From: Clostridiales bacterium
Lineage (GTDB): Bacteria > Bacillota > Clostridia > Oscillospirales > CAG-272
Assembly (NCBI GenBank): GCA_004554105.1
Contig: SFNW01000001.1
Span: 1 to 52,398 of the forward strand
Length of the DNA: 52,398 nucleotides
Reading direction: 5' to 3'
Shown here: positions 38,821-46,945 of the stretch, piece by piece
Layout: each line of letters begins with the position of its first letter
Position numbering within the stretch: position 1 is the stretch's first letter
Made by a program: the position numbers and the translations under genes
The notes under the pieces: model-generated
What the model saw: only the letters and a program-made list of their open reading frames with translations
Told to the model about the DNA's origin: nothing
Databases searched by the model: none

Positions 38821-38859
38821 GCCGTCTCTCCTCGCTTTCGTTTGATTTGTGCGCCCGAC

Positions 38860-40026
38860 TTACAGGGCGACGCGCGGCACGCGCTTGCTGACGAGGCAGA
38901 GTGCCTCGTAGTTAATCGTCCCCGCCGCACGGCAGAGCCGCTCGATGTTCCCGCCGCTCGCGTCGAAGATATAAACATAGTCCCCGACCTTGGCGTCGCA
39001 GTCGGTCACGTCGACCATGCACTGGTCCATGCACACTCTGCCGAGCAATTTGGCGGCTTTGCCGCCGACCATGACCGTGCCGCCGTTTTTATAGGCGCGG
39101 AGAAAGCCGTCGGCATAGCCGATGGGAATCGTGGCGACCCGCATTTCGCCGCTTGCGCGGAATTCCGCGCCGTAGCTGATGCAGTCGCCCGCGTGTACCG
39201 TGTGGATATGCGCGATGCGGCTTTTGAGCCGCATGACCGGAATCAGCGCGGGGTCTGCGGCGGCGGGAGAGGGCGAAAGCCCGTACAGCACGATGCCGAG
39301 CCGCACAAAATCCTGATACATGGCGGGGAAACGCAGTGCGCCCGCGCTGTTGCAGATGTGCTTTTTATCGAAATGCACGCCCGCCGCCTCACAGGCGTCG
39401 ACCACGCGCCGATAACGCGCAAACTGCGCCTCGGTCATCGCGATGTCCTCCTCGTCCGCGCAGGCGAAGTGCGAAAACACACCGTCAATGCGCAGTCCGG
39501 GCAGCGAGGCAAGTGCGCGGATTTCGCGCACGGTCTCGTCCGCCGCCGCCTCGTGCGTGTCGAATCCGAGGCGGTTCATGCCGCTGTCAAGCTTGATGTG
39601 ACAGCGAACGATGTCGCTGTCGTCGAGAACGCCGCCTGCCCGCAGTGAGCAGAGCATATCGGAGAGGGCGCGCGCATATTCGAGCGAGTAGACCGCCTGC
39701 GTGATGTGTTCGCGCGCGAGCGCCTTGACGTTCTCGCTCTCGGGCGGCGTGTAGCCGAGAATCAGCACGGTTTCCGCCGCGCGGTCTGCGGCGTCGAGTA
39801 TGCCGTAAATCTGCTCCGCCTCCTCGATGCTCGAGACGGCGAAGTGCCGTGCGCCCGCCTCATAGAGCGCGGGAACGCAGAGCGCGACCGAATGCCCATA
39901 GGCGTCTGCCTTGACAACGCACATCGGCTCGGTCTCTGCCGAAACGGCGCGCACGCGCCCGCGCAGGTGCGTGAAATTCTGCTTCAGCGCGGAAAGGTCG
40001 ATTTCCGCGATGTTTTTTTCGTTCAT
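38860..40026 (-). CDS. alr: Alanine racemase
   Basis: The PLP-lysine motif VVKADAYGHS is present. 388 aa. ATGA overlap with the upstream lipoprotein gene. Confidence 0.95.
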   Translation of the reverse strand: MNEKNIAEIDLSALKQNFTHLRGRVRAVSAETEPMCVVKADAYGHSVALCVPALYEAGARHFAVSSIEEAEQIYGILDAADRAAETVLILGYTPPESENVKALAREHITQAVYSLEYARALSDMLCSLRAGGVLDDSDIVRCHIKLDSGMNRLGFDTHEAAADETVREIRALASLPGLRIDGVFSHFACADEEDIAMTEAQFARYRRVVDACEAAGVHFDKKHICNSAGALRFPAMYQDFVRLGIVLYGLSPSPAAADPALIPVMRLKSRIAHIHTVHAGDCISYGAEFRASGEMRVATIPIGYADGFLRAYKNGGTVMVGGKAAKLLGRVCMDQCMVDVTDCDAKVGDYVYIFDASGGNIERLCRAAGTINYEALCLVSKRVPRVAL

Positions 40027-40769
40027 GCCGATTTCCTCTCCCGTTCCGTCCCCTCGGACGGCGTGTCAAACTCAAATTTCGTCACCGTGACGCCGATTTC
40101 CTCGCCGCCGACGTTGCCCTCCAGCCGCACGGGTCGTCCCGCCGCGTCGACCGCGACGCGGAAGCGTTCCTCGCCGCGCGTCCCCTCGTATACGGTCAGC
40201 CCGTTTTCCTCGCGGCTGCCCGTGAGACTGCCCTCGGGCAGGTCAAAGAGCGTAAACGGCGTGAAAAACGCCGCCGCATCGGGGGATTCCACCGACAATT
40301 CGCCGAGCGAGAGCCTGCAAACGCCGCCCGCGTCGGTCACGGTCAGCCCCGCAAGCGTTTCGGGCGCAAGAAAGGTCAGCGTCCGCGCACCGTCCCGCCG
40401 CGAAAATTCGGCGGCGTAGGCAAGGTCGCCGCGCGTCACCTCCGCCGTCACGGTCAGATTGCCGTCCGAAAAGCGGGGTGCGCTCGGCGCTTTTGCGCCG
40501 CAGGACGCGAGCGAAAGCAGCAGGGCAAGAATGGGTAAGATCAGCAGGCGTCGCCCGCGCCGTCTCTTCGGCTTCCCCTCGGGGAAGCTGCCGCCGAACG
40601 GCGGCTGATGAGGGACTGCGCAAAGCAACCCGCCGCACCGTGCTGTGCCAGCACGCATAAATCCCTCATCCACCGCTATCGCGGTCCCCCTTCCCCAAAG
40701 GGGAAGGCCTCGGGCCAGCCCCCTGCGAAGCAGGCTGTCGTTCTCCGCTGTTAAACTCGGTTTTTTCAT
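40023..40769 (-). CDS. Putative lipoprotein with an unusually long pre-lipobox region
   Basis: The ATG at 40769 follows GAGGAGGTGG. The lipobox LSLASC is preceded by KRRRGRRLLILPILALLL. About 65 codons between the start and that signal core are made of family-D hairpin repeats. Confidence 0.6.
   Translation of the reverse strand: MKKPSLTAENDSLLRRGLARGLPLWGRGTAIAVDEGFMRAGTARCGGLLCAVPHQPPFGGSFPEGKPKRRRGRRLLILPILALLLSLASCGAKAPSAPRFSDGNLTVTAEVTRGDLAYAAEFSRRDGARTLTFLAPETLAGLTVTDAGGVCRLSLGELSVESPDAAAFFTPFTLFDLPEGSLTGSREENGLTVYEGTRGEERFRVAVDAAGRPVRLEGNVGGEEIGVTVTKFEFDTPSEGTERERKSA
40569..40735. repeat. Family D hairpin-repeat modules lying inside the lipoprotein ORF 5' region
   Basis: ggcttcccctcggggaagc, ctgatgaggg...ccctcatcc and ccttccccaaaggggaagg are present. 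The same modules recur at 52055..52398. Confidence 0.75.
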
Positions 40770-40812
40770 GCGTCCACCTCCTCTTTGCAGAGTATGATGA
40801 ACCCCGTCTGCC

Positions 40813-41352
40813 TTATTCCTCGGGCAGCCCGTCCGCAAGCACCGTCACCGACGGCACCTGATGCCGGATATTTTCAATCATGCGCGCCGTCGCGTCAAAG
40901 AGCAGAGCCTCGGTGCCGTTCTCGGTCTCGTAGACGATGATATAGGCGTTTGCCGCATCGGGCGATGAGCGCAAATCAAGAATGCGCCGCGGCGAATACC
41001 CGCCCTCGATGCGCCCGTCCTTGTAGGGCGCGACCAGCCGCGCCGACTTCTTCAAGTCGACCGAGACGCGCTCCTTGCGGTACTGCTTGCAGTAGACCGA
41101 CGCCGCGTCGAAAATCCCCGCAGTCTGCGTATACTCGTATTCAATGAAAGAAAAGCGCGACAGATACCAGACAAGCGTGCCGAACAGCGTCAGCACAACT
41201 GCGCCGATGAACAGCCCCGCCGCGGGCAGGATAAACAGGAAAAAACAGACGACAAAGGCGAGCAGCGCAACCGAGACACACACAAGCAGCGCAAGATAGC
41301 GTCCGGCGCACGCTTTTTTGACCGCGTATTCGCAAAAATCGTGTTCGTACAT
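40813..41352 (-). CDS. Two-TM membrane protein of unknown function
   Basis: The ATG at 41352 follows GGGAGGG. The hydrophobic segments are LALLVCVSVALLAFVVCFFLFIL and LFIGAVVLTLFGTLVWYL. It is the first gene of the long minus-strand operon. Confidence 0.7.
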   Translation of the reverse strand: MYEHDFCEYAVKKACAGRYLALLVCVSVALLAFVVCFFLFILPAAGLFIGAVVLTLFGTLVWYLSRFSFIEYEYTQTAGIFDAASVYCKQYRKERVSVDLKKSARLVAPYKDGRIEGGYSPRRILDLRSSPDAANAYIIVYETENGTEALLFDATARMIENIRHQVPSVTVLADGLPEE

Positions 41353-41523
41353 GATTCCCTCCCGATTCGGAAAAGTCGAATTCATACACTTATCCCATTA
41401 TGAACAATTTAGTATACCATAAGAGCGAAGCAATTTCAATTATTTTTAGCAAATCTTCTTGAAACACAGCGGGTTTTATAGTATTATAAAATTGTATAAT
41501 TATGAAAAGAGGATAAAACCCAC

Positions 41524-41793
41524 ATGAAAGCAGTCATTACGGTCATCGGCAAAGACCAGGTCGGTATCATCGCCGCAGTCAGCGCAAAATGCGCCGAGTA
41601 CGACGTCAACATTCTCGAAATCACGCAGAGCGTCCTTGACCGCTACTTCGCCATGATTATGATCGCGGACATCGACGCGCTGAAGAGCAACTTTTCCGCA
41701 TTCTCCGACGCACTTTCCGCGCTCGGCAAGGAAAAAGGTCTCGAAATCCGCTGTATGCACGAGGACATCTTTGACTCGATGCATACTATCTGA
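41524..41793 (+). CDS. ACT domain-containing protein (UPF0237 family)
   Basis: MKAVITVIGKDQVGIIAAVSAKCAEYDVNILEITQSVLDRYFAMIM. 89 aa. It shows the canonical pairing with a UPF0210 gene. Confidence 0.9.
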   Translation: MKAVITVIGKDQVGIIAAVSAKCAEYDVNILEITQSVLDRYFAMIMIADIDALKSNFSAFSDALSALGKEKGLEIRCMHEDIFDSMHTI

Positions 41794-41814
41794 GCGCTGA
41801 AAGGACATTTTTCC

Positions 41815-43173
41815 ATGATTAACACCGCAGATATTCTCGAAACAATCAATATGATTCGCGAGGAAAACCTCGACATTCGCACGGTCACAATGGGCATTTC
41901 GCTCTACGACTGCGTCAGCGACAGTGTCGACCGCCTCTGCGATAACATTTACGCAAAGCTGATGCGCTGCGCGAAAAACCTCGTCTCCTGCTGCGAGGAG
42001 ATTGAAAAGCTCTACGGCATTCCGATTGTCAACAAGCGCGTGTCGGTCACCCCGATTTCGCAAATCGGCGGTGCCTGCACAAGCGAGGACTACATCAAGA
42101 TTGCCAAGACGCTCGACCGCGCCGCGCACGACCTCGGCATCAACTTCATCGGCGGCTTCTCCGCCCTCGTGCAGAAGGGCATGACCGTCGGCGCGGACAG
42201 GCTGATTGACGCGATTCCCGAAGCCCTTGCCGAGACCGACATGGTCTGCTCGTCGGTCAACGTCGGCTCGACGCGCGCGGGCATCAACATGGACGCCGTC
42301 GCGCGCATGGGCAGAACCGTCAAAGCGACGGCTGAGCTGACGCGCGACCGCGACGCCATCGGCTGTGCAAAATTCGTTGTCTTTGCCAACGCGGTGGACG
42401 ACAACCCGTTCATGGCGGGCGCGTTCCACGGCACGGGCGAGGGCGACTGCGTGATCAACGTCGGCGTCAGCGGTCCCGGCGTCGTCGAAAAGGCGATTCG
42501 CCGCGCGGGCGACTGCGATTTTTCGGCGCTCGCCGACGTCATCAAGAAAACCGCGTTCAAAATCACGCGCGTCGGTCAGCTCGTCGCCTGCGAAGCGGCA
42601 AAGCGGCTCGGCGTCCCCTACGGCATCGTCGACCTCTCGCTCGCGCCCACGCCCGCAATCGGCGACAGCGTCGCCTGCATTCTCGAATCCATGGGACTTG
42701 AGACCTGCGGCGGTCCGGGTACGACGGCGGCACTCGCCATGCTCAACGATGCGGTCAAAAAGGGCGGCGTCATGGCGTCGAGCCATGTCGGCGGCCTCTC
42801 GGGCGCGTTTATCCCGGTCAGCGAGGACGCGGGCATGATTGCCGCGGCGGAACAGGGTGTGCTCACGCTTGAAAAGCTCGAAGCCATGACCGCAGTCTGC
42901 TCGGTCGGGCTTGACATGATTTGCATTCCCGGCGACACCACCGCCGAAACCATCAGCGGCATCATCGCCGACGAAATCGCCATCGGCATGGTCAACGGCA
43001 AAACCACCGCCGTGCGCGTGATTCCCGCGCCCGGCAAGTCGGTCGGCGACCGCGTCGAATTCGGCGGTCTGCTCGGCTATGCACCGGTCATGCGCGTAAG
43101 CCCCGTCTCCTGCGAAAAATTCATCGCCCGCGGCGGACGCATTCCCGCGCCGATTCACTCGCTGAAGAACTAA
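41815..43173 (+). CDS. UPF0210 (DUF711, PFL-like) family protein
   Basis: [24 protein letters not shown] is present. 452 aa. It is adjacent to the ACT partner. Confidence 0.9.
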   Translation: MINTADILETINMIREENLDIRTVTMGISLYDCVSDSVDRLCDNIYAKLMRCAKNLVSCCEEIEKLYGIPIVNKRVSVTPISQIGGACTSEDYIKIAKTLDRAAHDLGINFIGGFSALVQKGMTVGADRLIDAIPEALAETDMVCSSVNVGSTRAGINMDAVARMGRTVKATAELTRDRDAIGCAKFVVFANAVDDNPFMAGAFHGTGEGDCVINVGVSGPGVVEKAIRRAGDCDFSALADVIKKTAFKITRVGQLVACEAAKRLGVPYGIVDLSLAPTPAIGDSVACILESMGLETCGGPGTTAALAMLNDAVKKGGVMASSHVGGLSGAFIPVSEDAGMIAAAEQGVLTLEKLEAMTAVCSVGLDMICIPGDTTAETISGIIADEIAIGMVNGKTTAVRVIPAPGKSVGDRVEFGGLLGYAPVMRVSPVSCEKFIARGGRIPAPIHSLKN

Positions 43174-43247
43174 ACAGGGGAGACCGTCGGTCGCCCGCCC
43201 TGTCTTGCGAGAGACCAACGGTCTCCCCGCCAAGGTCTGCGTTGTCC

Positions 43248-43320
43248 GCGGGCGGATATGGAATCCGCCCCTACGGGTTGGCGCACACATTCCGCCGTAG
43301 GGCGGGGGCTTGCTCCCGCC
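43248..43320. repeat. Structured ~72-nt repeat, family C (copy 2)
   Basis: Same orientation and same flanks as 34585..34655. Confidence 0.85.
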
Positions 43321-43361
43321 GCGATAACCGCCGAATATCACGGTCGTAAAGGAGGCTCAAT

Positions 43362-44477
43362 ATGGACGTCAAAATCTACGTCAACCCCGAATACAAGGAC
43401 GCGCTGTGGAGCACGCTTGCGATTCGCGCCATCAACATCGAAATCATGCGCAAGCGCTACACGCCTGTCTTTATCGACGCGCCCGAGGTCGGCGACATCG
43501 ACTTCGACCACCTCTACGCGCCGGGCGAAAAGCGGCTGATGATTTACATCGGCGCGTCGATTGCAGTCACGCCTGCGGTACTCGCCCGCTTCAACGACTG
43601 CGGCGTACACGTCGTCTTTCTCAATTACGAGTCGCCGAAATTGGTCAGCGGACACTCGAAGATTCTGCTCAACTACAAGGACGGTATGCGCAAGGCGATC
43701 AACTACCTCGTCGCCTGCGGCAGGGAAAACATCGCGCTCTACGGCATCAATCCCAATTCCTCGACCGATATGATCAAGGACGCGTTTTTCGCCGACTATC
43801 TCGGTCAGCGCGGCGGTAACCCCTCGCGCGACATTTACTACAACTACGCATCGCTGCGCGGCTGCTACGCCCGCTTTACCGAGAACTGCCACAGCTACAA
43901 CGCGGTCATCTGCGCCAACGACGTCGTCGCGCTCGCGCTTATCTGCCATCTGCGCGAAGCCGGCGTGCGCGTACCCGAGGACCTGTTCGTCGTCAGCTTC
44001 GGCTCAACCGTTCTCGCCTCGATGTCCAATCCCACAATCACCACGGTGGCGGTCGACCACGAGGAGCTGGGCAAGCAGGCAATCCTCGCCTACGCCTATC
44101 TCTACAAAAACCCCGGCGACATCACGCTGACCGCCAAGGTCGACGCCAAGCTGAATATTCGCGCCTCCACCGCCAATATGGAGAATCACGGCAAGGACAT
44201 TTTCGCCTCGTTCCTGCCGCAGACGCCAAACGTCAACTTCTACGACGACCCGGTTACACAGCGCGTTTTTGAGGCGGAAAGCCTGCTGCTCGGCTGCGAC
44301 GAGCTGGACCACGGCATTCTCGCGGGCATTCTCGCAGGCGAAACCTATCCGAGCATCGCAGAGCGGCTGTTCACCTCGGAAAACGTCATCTCCTACCGCA
44401 TCAAGCGAATGTGCAAAGCCACCGGCTGCAACAAAAAATCAGAGCTGGTCGCCCTGCTTTCGCCGTATATCAAATAA
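43362..44477 (+). CDS. Hybrid regulator: LacI-type periplasmic-binding-fold sensor domain with a C-terminal LuxR/GerE-type HTH
   Basis: No N-terminal HTH is present. The central region resembles the Peripla_BP fold (NIALYGINPNSSTDMIKDAFFADY, NAVICANDVVALALICHLREAGVRVPEDLFVVSFG). The C-terminus LDHGILAGILAGETYPSIAERLFTSENVISYRIKRMCKATGCNKKSELVALL is LuxR-type. Confidence 0.7.
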   Translation: MDVKIYVNPEYKDALWSTLAIRAINIEIMRKRYTPVFIDAPEVGDIDFDHLYAPGEKRLMIYIGASIAVTPAVLARFNDCGVHVVFLNYESPKLVSGHSKILLNYKDGMRKAINYLVACGRENIALYGINPNSSTDMIKDAFFADYLGQRGGNPSRDIYYNYASLRGCYARFTENCHSYNAVICANDVVALALICHLREAGVRVPEDLFVVSFGSTVLASMSNPTITTVAVDHEELGKQAILAYAYLYKNPGDITLTAKVDAKLNIRASTANMENHGKDIFASFLPQTPNVNFYDDPVTQRVFEAESLLLGCDELDHGILAGILAGETYPSIAERLFTSENVISYRIKRMCKATGCNKKSELVALLSPYIK

Positions 44478-44485
44478 GTTTTCTT

Positions 44486-44530
44486 ATATGTGTAAAAAAG
44501 TGCCCCGCAGGGCACTTTTTTTACACATAT
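44486..44530. terminator. Bidirectional terminator between the convergent regulator and radical SAM genes
   Basis: 45-nt palindrome atatgtgtaaaaaagtgccc-cgca-gggcactttttttacacatat. Confidence 0.85.
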
Positions 44531-44535
44531 ACTTT

Positions 44536-45942
44536 TTATTTTTTGCTTTCCGCCGCAGCGTCTTTTTCCGCCGCTTCATTGGCAAGCCGCTCCTTTGCCG
44601 CGCGATAAGTCGCCTCCACGCGCCGCTTGAGCGCAGTCTCCTCGATTAAACGCTTTGCCTCGTCGCAGGCGTCGTGCCCTTCGTCCGGGCATTTCTTCAA
44701 CCGGATACAGCGCGGAAAAACGGGACACCCGCCGCACAGCGCTCGACTGTTCAGGTATGCGGAAAACTCCGTAACCTTCTCGGCGTTATTGACGCCGCTG
44801 TAGATGTCCCCGACGAACTCACTTTCCGCAAAGTGCTCACACTTTCCGATTTTCCCGCTCGGCAAAATCGTGACGGCACGCGGCGAATCCGCCATGCAAT
44901 GATTGATTTTGATTTCGTTTTCAATCGGTGCCGCTCGCAGCAGCCCCTTGTCCGCGCAATACTGCTCAAACGCAAGCAGTTCCTGCGCACGCGCAAGCCT
45001 TGCCGCAGAATCCTGCGCGACAATCCGATTCTGCGTATAGTCGAACAAAAGATGCGGATAAGCGGAAAGCAGCTCTCGCTCCGAATAACGCTCGCAGAGC
45101 CAATCAACCAGCGCGTACAAATCCTCTTTATTATGTTCGCCCATATTCATACGGACCGAGACGCGAATGCCGCTTTGCAGCAAGCGTTCGATATTATCGG
45201 TTACGACGCGAAACGCACTGCGCCCGTCTTTATAAATAAACGCTTTCGCTTTGTTATAAACGGCTTCGGTTCCGTCCAGCGTAATCTGCACACGGCGCAG
45301 CCGCCAAAGTTCTTTCGCCCGTTGAATCATCTCACTGTCAAACAGATAGCCGTTCGAAACCATTGCCGAACTGTATTCGGCGCCCGCCTCCCGCAAAGCG
45401 GTACAGATGATGTCAATCACGCCCGCATTGTACAGCGGCTCTCCGCCGAACCAATGCAGCGAAATCTTCTCCGAGCCGTGCGTGCGAAGAATAAAATCCG
45501 CAACGTCCCGCGCGGTCTGCTCCGACATGGGGACACGCGCCGTGCCCAGCTCATAGCAGTAAAAGCACCGTGCGTTACAGTCTGTGGTTGTGAAAATCGT
45601 GTAGCCGGACAGCCCCTTGTTTCTCTGCAAATCCCGCGCCAGCGCCCGCGCCTCGCAGGAAAGCTCAATGTCATCATGGTCGGTCGGCACCAAAAACCAT
45701 TTGCGGATAAGCGGCACGGCTGCCCCCTCCGCCGCCACCGTCTCTTTGCGAAGTACGGCGGCTTCGTCGGGCTCAAGCTCAAGCATTTCGCCGGTCAGCG
45801 TATTGTATGCGATGTCCGCGCCGTCCGCTTGGGTTAAAATGCTAAAGGAAATCGGGCGATAGATTTTATCTGTTTCAACCGGCTGCTCGCCAAGCAATTT
45901 TAAAAACAGTTTATCCTGCTGAACCAGTTCAAGCATCCGCAT
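44536..45942 (-). CDS. Radical SAM/SPASM-domain peptide maturase with an N-terminal ~100-aa (RRE/PqqD-like?) extension
   Basis: CNARCFYC (CX3CX2C), FGGEPL and ITLDG are present. SPASM-type Cys pattern HC-X13-G-X4-C followed by CGGCPVFPRCIRLKKC. SD GGAAAGGAAGGAA. The start overlaps the upstream ORF by 14 nt. Confidence 0.85.
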   Translation of the reverse strand: MRMLELVQQDKLFLKLLGEQPVETDKIYRPISFSILTQADGADIAYNTLTGEMLELEPDEAAVLRKETVAAEGAAVPLIRKWFLVPTDHDDIELSCEARALARDLQRNKGLSGYTIFTTTDCNARCFYCYELGTARVPMSEQTARDVADFILRTHGSEKISLHWFGGEPLYNAGVIDIICTALREAGAEYSSAMVSNGYLFDSEMIQRAKELWRLRRVQITLDGTEAVYNKAKAFIYKDGRSAFRVVTDNIERLLQSGIRVSVRMNMGEHNKEDLYALVDWLCERYSERELLSAYPHLLFDYTQNRIVAQDSAARLARAQELLAFEQYCADKGLLRAAPIENEIKINHCMADSPRAVTILPSGKIGKCEHFAESEFVGDIYSGVNNAEKVTEFSAYLNSRALCGGCPVFPRCIRLKKCPDEGHDACDEAKRLIEETALKRRVEATYRAAKERLANEAAEKDAAAESKK

Positions 45943-46654
45943 TTCCTTCCTTTCCGTGCGCTTTCATCCCGTCATACGCAACATGCGCCGCCTCGGGATT
46001 TATAGTACAGAAGAGCAAATAACACGGCACGGCTTGAATCAGGGCGTCTGCAAGTTCCATTTGACGTGCGAGATTGGTAGAATCGCTTACCATGATCTGA
46101 CCAAACAGTTTGGGAACAGCCTCCTCGGCGGAAATACGGCGGATTCCGTTCTCTGTTCCGCGCTTGAGAAAACAAAGACCGCAAAGCGGCACGCGGGTAT
46201 TGACATTATACCCCTCCTTGCCGCACCACGGCGTACCGTAAGCATAAATCTTGCCGTCGATTGCGCGCAGAATCGGCTTGTCCCCGTTGACAATCGTCAC
46301 CTTATCCTCGCCGAAAGCCTTTTGCCATAGGCGAATGTGTGTCGTCTTTCCGGTGCCGCTCGGCGCAGAGAACGCATAGCCGCGCCCCTCATATTCGATG
46401 ACCGCGCAATGCATCAAAAAAGCGTCGTGTGCAAGCGCATAGGCGCAAATTTTACGGTAAACGGCAAGCGATTCGCGCTCTTCATTCGGGATAACCGCGG
46501 TGCCGTCCCCCTCTGCCTGCATATCCGACGCTGTTACGCGAACGCAAAGGTCGACGCGCGGTGCGCTATCGCAGCGATATGTCTCGCACATTCTCTCCAG
46601 CTTCCGATACTGCGGCTCTATATCTATATAAAATCCCGCAATCTGATATACCAT
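45929..46654 (-). CDS. HPr kinase C-terminal-domain-like P-loop protein (putative peptide kinase/accessory protein)
   Basis: 241 aa. It has the Walker A motif SAPSGTGKTT followed by VNGDKPIL and YGTPWCGKEG. It is translationally coupled to the radical SAM gene. Confidence 0.65.
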   Translation of the reverse strand: MVYQIAGFYIDIEPQYRKLERMCETYRCDSAPRVDLCVRVTASDMQAEGDGTAVIPNEERESLAVYRKICAYALAHDAFLMHCAVIEYEGRGYAFSAPSGTGKTTHIRLWQKAFGEDKVTIVNGDKPILRAIDGKIYAYGTPWCGKEGYNVNTRVPLCGLCFLKRGTENGIRRISAEEAVPKLFGQIMVSDSTNLARQMELADALIQAVPCYLLFCTINPEAAHVAYDGMKAHGKEGNADA

Positions 46655-46736
46655 CGTGTTTTCCCCTGTAAATCTATCCTTTTATGCAGCAGAAATACTC
46701 TGTTATCGGTTTCGGTATATAAGCTCCTTAGAAGAA

Positions 46737-46778
46737 CAAAGGAGTGGAAAGACTCCACTCCTTTGCTTTCGGGCAAAA
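46737..46778 (-). terminator. Two adjacent stem-loops between the precursor ORF and the modification genes (partial terminator / mRNA-stabiliser)
   Basis: Minus strand: cttttgc-ccgaaa-gcaaag, then aaaggagtgga-gtctt-tccactccttt followed by GTTCTTCT. They begin 4 nt after the peptide stop codon. Confidence 0.55.
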
Positions 46779-46781
46779 GCC

Positions 46782-46907
46782 TTATGACATTTCTTCTTCG
46801 CCCATATCGGTGGGGCAGCTGGGGTTGTACGTGGGGCAAGTAGAAGAAGCGATGATCTCTACAGTCTCGACGCTAACGAGCTCTGCAGCAGGTGCAACAT
46901 ACTTCAT
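46782..46907 (-). CDS. 41-aa candidate RiPP precursor peptide MKYVAPAAELVSVETVEIIASSTCPTYNPSCPTDMGEEEMS
   Basis: Hand-translated and absent from the ORF track. GGAGG lies 11 nt upstream of the ATG. It has a dedicated promoter and sits directly upstream of the HprK-like and rSAM/SPASM genes. The sequence reads as a leader-like N-half and a Cys/Pro/Thr core. Confidence 0.7.
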   Translation of the reverse strand: MKYVAPAAELVSVETVEIIASSTCPTYNPSCPTDMGEEEMS

Positions 46908-46945
46908 GGTTATGTAATCCTCCAATGTAAATATCCGCATCATGT

